Made by a program: the position numbers and the translations under genes
Notes under the pieces: model-generated
The model's input: the letters and a program-made list of their open reading frames with translations, nothing else
The model's database searches: none
What the model was told of the DNA's origin: nothing
From: Armatimonadota bacterium
GTDB lineage: Bacteria; Armatimonadota; SYMT01
DNA length: 64,000 nucleotides
Reading direction: 5' to 3'
Assembly (NCBI GenBank): GCA_041690135.1
Contig: JAWLHY010000005.1
Location: 275,261 to 339,260 of the forward strand
Shown here: piece by piece, positions 56,767-64,000 of the stretch
Position numbering within the stretch: position 1 is the first letter of the stretch
Layout of the letters: each line of letters opens with the position of its first letter

Positions 56767-56972
56767 CCCCTCCTACGGTCGAACGAGTGGAGCGGCGCGG
56801 GAAGCCCCTGCCCAAAGCGAACGCGGCTGCTCGGTGGCGTGCTGAAGGGATGTCCTCAATGGTGTTCTCCCCTACCCCTTTCGTGCCGCCCGTGTTATCC
56901 CACCCTGTCAGGTTGGCGGCTCGTTCGCTTCGGACTGCGTACGGTCGTTTGCGGTGGGTGTCACGGAGCGTT

Positions 56973-56998
56973 GTTTGATTGCTGGTGGGATGGGGTAG
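56973..56998 (+). promoter_or_regulatory. SigB/SigF-type promoter upstream of rplY/ctc
   Basis: GTTT-16 bp-GGGTAG. Confidence 0.45.
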
Positions 56999-57067
56999 AG
57001 GTACTCGCTTAAACCCGCAACCGCGAGTGCAAGCCTGTATCATCAAGTCGAACAGACGGAGGAACCG

Positions 57068-57754
57068 ATGCCAGACCAGAGTCGACCACAGCTCACGGCA
57101 GAGCCCAGGGTCCGGGTGAGGAAGAAGTCCGAGATCCGGTATCTGCGACGGATGGGACAGATCCCCGCCCTTGTCTACGGGCACGGAGATCCGGAAACGA
57201 TCAAAGTCAGCGCCCGCTCCGTGGCGGAGTACCTGCGCCACCACACTTCCGGAGGGATCCTGGATCTCAACCTTACCGAGCGCACCACGCCGGTGCTGAT
57301 CCGGGAGATCGACCGGGATCCGGTTTCCGGACAGATTATCCACCTGGGCTTCCAGCGAGTGGACATGCGAGAACGGCTCAAGACGACCGTGCCGCTGGAG
57401 TTCATCGGCGAAGAGAGCCTCATCCAGGACCAACTGGTGCTGCAACGCCAGATGGCGGAGTTGGAGGTCCACGCTCGCGCGGACCAGCTTCCGGAAGTGA
57501 TCGTCGTGGATGTCAGTGGTGTGGAGGCCGGACAGAGCATCCGTATTGAAGACCTCCAGTTGCCGGAAGGGATTGAACCGACGAAAGACCCGTCGCAGTT
57601 GGTGGCTTCGGTGACGCATCCGTCGGTGCCGGCCGATGTCGAAGCCGCGCTGGAAGCCGAAGAGGCGGCACGGGTCGCCACGGTGGAAGCGCATGCCGGC
57701 GAGGCTGCCGAAGAGGAAGAAGAGGAAGAGGTCACGGAAGCGGCCGCTACCTGA
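57068..57754 (+). CDS. rplY: 50S ribosomal protein L25 / general stress protein Ctc
   Basis: LRRMGQIPALVYGHG, RDPV..IIHLGF, long CTC-type C-terminus with acidic tail; GGAGG RBS. Confidence 0.92.
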   Translation: MPDQSRPQLTAEPRVRVRKKSEIRYLRRMGQIPALVYGHGDPETIKVSARSVAEYLRHHTSGGILDLNLTERTTPVLIREIDRDPVSGQIIHLGFQRVDMRERLKTTVPLEFIGEESLIQDQLVLQRQMAELEVHARADQLPEVIVVDVSGVEAGQSIRIEDLQLPEGIEPTKDPSQLVASVTHPSVPADVEAALEAEEAARVATVEAHAGEAAEEEEEEEVTEAAAT

Positions 57755-57824
57755 TCTTCGAGAGTTGTGGGTTAGTGCCCACGCGCCTTCTCAGGGACCG
57801 GATGCCGGCGGGCATCCGGTCCCT

Positions 57825-58274
57825 TTATCCTGCTCCCCCTTGCCCTCCGGCTCTCGACTTCCGGGCTCCACCTTTCCGCCGGCGGCGGGCAACGGTACTT
57901 AGCCGCTCTCGGAGATAGGCCTCACGATCCGCGGCGTAGTTGCCCGCCGGATCACGTGCCGGTACGCGCGACGGCCAAAAGGTGAGAAACACCAGGGCGG
58001 CCACCACAAGGGTACCCAGGAGAGCCTGCAGAGCCGGCAGATTGCTCCACAGATAAAGGGCAGTCGCTGTCGTCCATGCAACTCCAAGGAGGGTCCACTC
58101 CTCAACCAGTAAGCCGGCAACCAGGAACTGGGAGTGGTAATTCCGCCAGTTCCGGTCCCGTACGATCTCACGAACGGTTTCCCAGAGAAGTGCGAGGAGT
58201 ACGAACCCGCAGAAAATCTCCAGTCGCGGGTCCAGTTCAAAACCGAGCAGGTGCCGGACGCAGAGTAGGAGCAT
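57825..58274 (-). CDS. Hypothetical membrane protein
   Basis: 3-4 hydrophobic segments; no family recognised. Confidence 0.5.
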   Translation of the reverse strand: MLLLCVRHLLGFELDPRLEIFCGFVLLALLWETVREIVRDRNWRNYHSQFLVAGLLVEEWTLLGVAWTTATALYLWSNLPALQALLGTLVVAALVFLTFWPSRVPARDPAGNYAADREAYLRERLSTVARRRRKGGARKSRAGGQGGAG

Positions 58275-58402
58275 GGGAGGTGCCGGGTTTAGGATGAGGT
58301 GTCATCAACCGTATGTTGGTTCACCCTTGCCCTCGGTGTTACCTGCGGTCGAGATGTGAGTGAGACCAACCTGAACCCCAGCCATTTTGACCTACCGGGG
58401 CA

Positions 58403-58481
58403 CCCGAAAGCCTGAAGGCGAAGAGAGCCTCAAAGCCCGAAGGCCCGAGAGCCCGAAAGCCTGTAGGGCAGAGAGCCTGAC
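58403..58481. repeat. Degenerate 8-bp tandem repeats (CCCGAAAG/CCTGAAGG type)
   Basis: CCCGAAAG CCTGAAGG CGAAGAGAG CCTCAAAG CCCGAAGG CCCGAGAG CCCGAAAG. Confidence 0.7.
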
Positions 58482-58809
58482 CACCCTCCGCCAGTGTCCA
58501 TCAAAAGGAGGGGACTTGGCTCCTCGATATCCAACTTCCGGCCACTGCGGGAGAGGCGTTCCGCAACCGATACCTGAGACAAATCCGGTAGATTGGCCCA
58601 CGAGCCACCCCCCGAGGGGCAACCAACACGGCAACCGGAATCATGCCAGCGCATAGGGAGCCCGGTCCGTCCGGTTCCACCGTCAATCTCAAAGTTTTTG
58701 GGTCAGTGTGGAAGAATTCACTCCGGACGGGTGAAATCGGCCCTCCAACCTTTGGAGGATCCGCCGATACTGGATAACTGGACTACATTAGATCAGGTTG
58801 TGCGCAGCC

Positions 58810-59907
58810 ATGCCGATGCCGGGCGTTTTCACCAAACTGGCCCAGAGGATTGCTACCCCGCCCTCTCCGCGTCGCGAAGAGCATCCGGACGAAGCGGAAC
58901 GGACGGAGGCGGCCCTGGCGCTCGCCCGCGAACTTCTCCATAGTATCGAGCAGTTCATCATTTCCACGCCCGACCTGGATACCAGCCGCTTCTTGCAGCG
59001 GATGCGGGGCACGGCTGCCGGCCTGACGGGTAAGGTCGATCCCCCGACGATTCGCCTCTACCAGGACTGGACCCGCAAAGCCGTCGGCATGTTCGCCGGC
59101 CTGCAGCGGCGTTACGTGGCGGAGCGCGAAGAGGAGATGTGGCGGCTCCTGGACCTCTACTCCCAGCATGCCGTCCAAGGCCAGAGTCGCTCCACGGAGT
59201 TGATCGACGCCATCCGCATCTCGCACCAGAAGATGCGGAAGTACGCGTCGCTGGAGGATATCCGCGAGGCTCGGGAGGCATTGGAGGCAGAGGTCAAGGA
59301 GACGCAGCGTCTGGTTGCCCTGAAGATCCGGGAAGATAAAGAGCGCATCAACTCGCTGGCCCGGCAGGTGGCGCAACTGGAAGCAACGCTGGCGGCGGTG
59401 CGGGGTCAGGCCAATTACGACGTATTGACCGGCATTTACCACCGGGGCGTCTTCGAGATCAAGCTGCGGGAGTTGATGTCCGCCGGCCATCCCTGCGGCC
59501 TGGCGATCGTAGATATCGATAACTTCAAGACGATCAACGATACCCTGGGTCACCCTATCGGCGACCGCATGCTGCAGCAGGTGGCGCAGGTCTTGAACCG
59601 GGTGGCCCGCACCACCGACCTGGTGGCCCGCTTCGGCGGCGACGAGTTCTGTTTCCTCTCGGTCGGCGCCACGCCGGAACAACTCGCGCAGCGCCTCGCC
59701 GGTGCGGTGGCTCGCCGGCACGTGCGACTGGAGATCGAAGAGCAGCGTGTGGTCTCCGTGCTACTCTCCCTCAGCGTGGGCGTGGCCACCTCCAAGACGG
59801 GTGAGTACCCGGAGCAACTCCTGGACCGCGCCGACCAGGCCCTACTGCTGGCCAAGCGTGGCGGCAAAGGCGGAATTCGCATGGCCGCCGGAGTTGTTGA
59901 CTTCTAA
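58810..59907 (+). CDS. Diguanylate cyclase (coiled coil + GGDEF)
   Basis: DVLTG, DIDNFKTINDTLGH..GD, RTTD I-site, RFGGDEF. Confidence 0.93.
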   Translation: MPMPGVFTKLAQRIATPPSPRREEHPDEAERTEAALALARELLHSIEQFIISTPDLDTSRFLQRMRGTAAGLTGKVDPPTIRLYQDWTRKAVGMFAGLQRRYVAEREEEMWRLLDLYSQHAVQGQSRSTELIDAIRISHQKMRKYASLEDIREAREALEAEVKETQRLVALKIREDKERINSLARQVAQLEATLAAVRGQANYDVLTGIYHRGVFEIKLRELMSAGHPCGLAIVDIDNFKTINDTLGHPIGDRMLQQVAQVLNRVARTTDLVARFGGDEFCFLSVGATPEQLAQRLAGAVARRHVRLEIEEQRVVSVLLSLSVGVATSKTGEYPEQLLDRADQALLLAKRGGKGGIRMAAGVVDF

Positions 59908-60446
59908 CGCTTGAAGAGAACGGTGAATTTGCCGGGCTCCCGGTCGAACGTCGCTTTGCTTTCACCGTTCTCGAAAAGGTAGACCTGTCGCTCGTGGGTG
60001 CTCCGCGGGTTCTCCTCACCGGGCTTGAACCAGTTGCCGGTTACCGGGTCCTGAGCTTCCTTCAAGTAGAGCCAGGGCTTCTCGCGCATCCAGCCCACAC
60101 ACGGCTCGCAGCAGAGATAGTAGAGGCCGTTGTTCACCTCCGCCCGCCGGGTGCGCTGCACGAACCCTTTGAAGTTCGGCTGTACTGTGCAGTAGACGGT
60201 CTCCTTGACGTACTTTTCAGGAAACGAAGCGAACTTGTCGCGGCAGCCGACAGCACAGAAGAAGCGGGGCTGACCGTTGACCCACACCCGCAGGGTCCGG
60301 GCATCCACCGCCAGCACCTTGCTGTCGGTGGTGCAGAGCGCGCGCTTCGGTAACTTCAATGTGGAAGACTGCGCCCAACCTCCGGTCGCTGCCGCTACCT
60401 CCAGACCGATCGCCAGTCCGACTGCCAGCCAGTTGGGTTTGCGCAT
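59904..60446 (-). CDS. Exported YHS/TRASH-repeat protein
   Basis: Signal peptide; three YHS-like units (FFCAVGC..F..PEKY, YYLCCEPC, DPVTG...YLF...F..EPGKF). Confidence 0.8.
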   Translation of the reverse strand: MRKPNWLAVGLAIGLEVAAATGGWAQSSTLKLPKRALCTTDSKVLAVDARTLRVWVNGQPRFFCAVGCRDKFASFPEKYVKETVYCTVQPNFKGFVQRTRRAEVNNGLYYLCCEPCVGWMREKPWLYLKEAQDPVTGNWFKPGEENPRSTHERQVYLFENGESKATFDREPGKFTVLFKR

Positions 60447-60521
60447 AGTCGCCTTCCTTCGCAATTCTTGGGGCATGGACCAGGATCGAATTCTGATTAC
60501 CCAGGGCAACGTCTTGACCCC

Positions 60522-60647
60522 TGCCCGGAGGCCCCGAGAGTTATCTCGGCATGAGCTACCTTAGGGATCCCATACCGGTACCTGTCTGGGGCGCGGCGGA
60601 AGTCAACGGCCTTCTGCAGGACCCCGATAGCTCGGGGACTCCGGGCA
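60522..60647 (-). repeat. ~125-bp dispersed structured element, copy 2
   Basis: Reverse complement aligns end to end with 23319-23443. Confidence 0.85.
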
Positions 60648-60692
60648 TGCACCAGAACTTTATCCTGTTACACAGGACAACATCCTGACCTC

Positions 60693-60763
60693 TGCCTGGA
60701 GTCCGAGAGCTATCTCGGCAGGAGCATCCTTTGGGCTTTCTTGCCGGTTGACCTTAGTCTGGA
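60693..60763 (-). repeat. Partial third copy of the ~125-bp element
   Basis: TGCCTGGAGTCCGAGAGCTATCTCGGCAGGAGC matches one end of copies 1 and 2. Confidence 0.7.
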
Positions 60764-60803
60764 GATTGGATCAGAGCGCTATCTTGGATATGGAATCCGG
60801 GTC

Positions 60804-61748
60804 CTAATCAGCCGAAGGCTTCGGTGCCGGATACCTTGCGAACATGTCATCGAGAACCTGGCGCAATTGAGCCCGATGTTCTTCCGGGAGGTCGACGAGT
60901 GGCGGGCGAACCGGGCCGGCTCCTTCGGGTCCCAGGCGGCCGAGCAGGTTCACCGCAGCTTTCACGTAAGCAACGGCGTACCCTTTCCGCAGATCGCGCA
61001 CCCGGCAGATCCGTTCGATCACGTTGAGCAGGATGTCTCGCTGGGTTTCCGCGTCGCCGTCCGCTACCGCCTGGTGGAATTTGAGCGTGACGTGCGGTGC
61101 GAAGTTGGAAAGGGCGGAGGAGTAGCCCCGGCACCCGAGCGCATAGAACGAGGGGTAGGTCATTTCGGCGGTCGGCATGCCGTTCATGTAGGCGAGGCGA
61201 TCCCCCAGTTCCAGGTAGATCCGCCCGAACTGCTCCAGGTTGCCGTGCCCATCTTTAAAGCCGACCACGTTGGGCAGTTCCGCCAGGCGGGACACCGTGC
61301 CGACGCTGTAGAGCGCATTATCCCGGTGGTAAAGGATGATGGCCTGGGAGGTGCTCTCCGCAATCTCCCGCACGTGGCGGTACAGTCCTTCCTGTTCCGG
61401 CTGGATCAGGTAAGGCGGGAGCAGCAGCAGGCCGTCCGCACCCGCTCCCTCGGCCGCCGCCGCGAAGCGTTTCGCGATCGCCGTACTGTAGCCGCAGCCG
61501 GCAAAGACCGGCACGGCCCCGGCCACTTCCTCCACGGCGGCGGCCACCGCGTCCCGGAACTCCTCCAGTGCAAGGTTGAAGAACTCGCCCGTTCCGGCAC
61601 AGACGAAGATGGCGTGAACGCCGGTGCCTTTCATCCAGCCGACGTGGCGGCGGAAGGCATCCAGATTGAGGGAACCGTCCGGGTGGAAAGGGGTGACCGG
61701 GAATCCGAACACTCCCCGGAGTTGCGCGCGCGTGGTCTCGTAGTTCAT
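60804..61748 (-). CDS. kdgD: 5-dehydro-4-deoxyglucarate dehydratase (DapA family)
   Basis: FPVTPF, AGTGEF, LLLPPYL, VGFKDG.G, GMPTAE, YSSA, GYAV..VKA. Confidence 0.88.
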   Translation of the reverse strand: MNYETTRAQLRGVFGFPVTPFHPDGSLNLDAFRRHVGWMKGTGVHAIFVCAGTGEFFNLALEEFRDAVAAAVEEVAGAVPVFAGCGYSTAIAKRFAAAAEGAGADGLLLLPPYLIQPEQEGLYRHVREIAESTSQAIILYHRDNALYSVGTVSRLAELPNVVGFKDGHGNLEQFGRIYLELGDRLAYMNGMPTAEMTYPSFYALGCRGYSSALSNFAPHVTLKFHQAVADGDAETQRDILLNVIERICRVRDLRKGYAVAYVKAAVNLLGRLGPEGAGPVRPPLVDLPEEHRAQLRQVLDDMFARYPAPKPSAD

Positions 61749-61843
61749 GGGGGAATCCGTCCTGTCCAAACAAGTCCCCGAATTATAGCGCGACCCCGCT
61801 TACCCGGGCGCAGCGAAGGATAGAATACGTCCGGAGGTGAGGG

Positions 61844-62161
61844 ATGGCTCTCAAACAAGTAACCCAGGCAGACTTCGAAACGGAAGTGCTCCAGCACGAC
61901 GGATGGGTGATCGTCGACTTCTATGCCACGTGGTGTCCGCCGTGTCGCGCCCTGGCGCCGCTCCTCGAGCGTTTTGCGGAACAGAACGCGGAGCGGGTCA
62001 AAGTGGTGAAGCTGGATACGGATCAGGATGAGGATCTGGCGACGCGTTACGGAGTACGCACGATTCCGACCTTGATCTCCTTCAAAGCAGGTGAAGAGAA
62101 AGGACGGGCCATTAACCCACAGTCCCGCTCGCGGATTGAGGAACTGGTGCCGAACGACTGA
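61844..62161 (+). CDS. trxA: Thioredoxin
   Basis: VDFYATWCPPC, IPTL; GGAGGTG RBS. Confidence 0.93.
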   Translation: MALKQVTQADFETEVLQHDGWVIVDFYATWCPPCRALAPLLERFAEQNAERVKVVKLDTDQDEDLATRYGVRTIPTLISFKAGEEKGRAINPQSRSRIEELVPND

Positions 62162-62349
62162 ACCTGCGGGCTGTCCGCATAGTGGATGGGGGCGGGCGGT
62201 GGCAACTGTACCCTACGGTCCGCCCCGCCCGCGCTCGTGTTCATGTTCGGAACTCGGAATTCTGTGGCCTTGTCACTGCGCAGAGCGGGCGTCGTCAATG
62301 AATTTGCGCGACCAGTGACCCGCAAGCCTCCAGCCCCTCGGAGCTCCCA

Positions 62350-62928
62350 TTAATCTTCCCGGCTCTTGCCCGCTTTATCCTTATCGCTTCGGTCATTATC
62401 GCCCCGGTCCTTATCTTGATCTTTAGCGGACTCCGCCACTTTCGCCTGGATGCGGGTTCCCTGCTTGATAGTGACGTGGCTGCCTTTGATGAAGGCGCCT
62501 CCCACCAGGCCCGCCGGGCCGAGGACCAGCAGCCCGGCTCCAGAAGCACCCGGGCCGACCGCGCGGAAACGCCCGCCGCTGGAGTAGGATTCGAGTGGGA
62601 CCAGGTCCCCATTCACGTCTTTCACGTCTTCCAATCGGACCAGCAGGCGAGCCCGCTTGCCGAACGGTCCGGGCTTCTTGATCTCCTTGACCACGCCGCG
62701 AGCCGGTGCATCCTGCCGGATCAGGGTCCTGCCGTTGAGGACCACGTCCGTGTAGACGCGCAGCTTGATCTCATCACCCTGCCGGGCTTTGCGCGTGCTC
62801 ACGTCCTCCAGGAATTCCAGCATGACGACCGTGCCCGAGGGAACGCGGTGCTCAGCCGCCGCAACGCCGGAAAACAGCAGCGCGCCGACGCATGCCAGGG
62901 CCTCCCAACTCAACTTGCCGGTGTTCAT
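62350..62928 (-). CDS. Exported hypothetical protein
   Basis: Signal peptide; VPSGT...G..LI...A.G.V beta-rich domain and IKQGT; charged tail. Confidence 0.7.
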   Translation of the reverse strand: MNTGKLSWEALACVGALLFSGVAAAEHRVPSGTVVMLEFLEDVSTRKARQGDEIKLRVYTDVVLNGRTLIRQDAPARGVVKEIKKPGPFGKRARLLVRLEDVKDVNGDLVPLESYSSGGRFRAVGPGASGAGLLVLGPAGLVGGAFIKGSHVTIKQGTRIQAKVAESAKDQDKDRGDNDRSDKDKAGKSRED

Positions 62929-63118
62929 CGTACCTACTCCCTCTCCCTCTCCGTCGACTCTTACTCCATGTTATCGGCATACGCTCTCTCGTTTGCAGTC
63001 ACGCCGTGCGGACGCTCACGTACCCGGATCGAACTGGTAATCCCACCTTCGAGAAACCTGTCACTCCCAATCGGTCGGCGTGTCTCATAGGCCGGCAGAC
63101 CACGGATGGGAGACGCTG

Positions 63119-64000
63119 ATGATCGACGTCTACGGGCCCCCTTCTCATCTTTGCGACGGAGTTAGACGGCGGCAATTCCTCAAGATCGGTTCGCTCGGTT
63201 GCCTGGGGCTCACGCTCCCCGGCTTGATGCGGGCCGAGGCGGCGGCGCCGGCTTCCGAACGGCGACAGACTTCCTGCATCCTGCTCTGGCTTCAGGGCGG
63301 GCCGAGCCAGATCGATACGTTCGACCCCAAGCCGGACGCGCCCTCGGAAATTCGAGGGCCATTTCGTCCGCTGGAGACGAACGTCTCGGGCATCCGGGTT
63401 GCCGATGTGTTTCCCCGGCTTGCGCGACAGGCCGACAAGTACGCCCTGTTGCGCTCGGTTCATCATCCTTCCCCCGCGCATATCGTCGGCCACCAGTATA
63501 TGCTGTGCGGCATGGGCAACGGCCAGATCGCCTACCCCAGCATGGGGGCGGTGGTGGCAAAGCTGCGCGGCGGGAAGTCGCTGCTGCCGTCGTGGATGAT
63601 GCTCCCGAACATCGCCTACGAAACGAATGCCACCCCCGAGAGGCTGTGCCAGACGGCAGGCTACCTGGGGTCGGAGTACAACGCGGTGTTGCCCCAGGGG
63701 GACCTGGTGAAGGGCACACTCACCTTAAGGGAGTTGGATCCGCCGGCGGGGGTTTCTCCGGACCGGCTGGCGCGCCGACGACAATTGCTAGACACGGCAT
63801 TGGGCCGGGAACTGGCGCAGGTGGAGCCGACCCGCTCCGCTGATGCGATCTATCAGCGGGCGTTTGCCCTGATGGACTCTTCCGGGGTGCGGCAGGCGCT
63901 CGACCTGCGCCACGAGCCGGATCCATTGCGGGACCGATACGGGCGCAATCACGTTGGTCAGGGCGCCCTGCTGGCCCGACGCCTGGTGGAGACGGGGGTG
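63119..64000 (+). CDS. DUF1501 domain protein (3' part beyond the window)
   Basis: CDGVRRRQFLKIG, CILLWLQGGPSQIDTFDPKP, GPF..TNV.G, GQGALLARRLVE. Confidence 0.92.
   Translation, partial: MIDVYGPPSHLCDGVRRRQFLKIGSLGCLGLTLPGLMRAEAAAPASERRQTSCILLWLQGGPSQIDTFDPKPDAPSEIRGPFRPLETNVSGIRVADVFPRLARQADKYALLRSVHHPSPAHIVGHQYMLCGMGNGQIAYPSMGAVVAKLRGGKSLLPSWMMLPNIAYETNATPERLCQTAGYLGSEYNAVLPQGDLVKGTLTLRELDPPAGVSPDRLARRRQLLDTALGRELAQVEPTRSADAIYQRAFALMDSSGVRQALDLRHEPDPLRDRYGRNHVGQGALLARRLVETGV

Overview
GC-rich bacterial chromosomal window. The gene repertoire (DUF1501, DUF3500, PmoA/DUF6807, sulfatases, WD40, Uma2, many Gfo/Idh/MocA and sugar ABC genes) suggests an Armatimonadota- or PVC-like organism; this is inference. 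It holds about 55 CDS: three carbohydrate ABC permease/binding-protein sets with no ATPase, a speD-DUF4178x2-small membrane protein-DUF350-speE polyamine cluster, gpsA, dut, rplY, trxA, cobB, an ECF sigma factor, a GGDEF cyclase and an orphan Eco57I-like DNA methyltransferase. No rRNA, tRNA, cas gene or transposase was seen. The most unusual signals are non-coding or tiny. (1) A complete promoter/leader peptide/antiterminator/terminator attenuator precedes a Ro60 (TROVE) homolog reduced to its vWA domain. (2) A ~220-nt branched hairpin lies upstream of the methyltransferase. (3) A repeat array has an exact 113-bp period. (4) A ~125-bp structured element with terminal inverted repeats occurs in 2 full copies and 1 partial copy, 37 kb apart. 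(5) A multi-hairpin ncRNA-like block lies downstream of gpsA. (6) There is a FYVE-like zinc-finger microprotein. (7) SigB/SigF-type promoters precede stress genes. All calls were made by eye, with no database searches.
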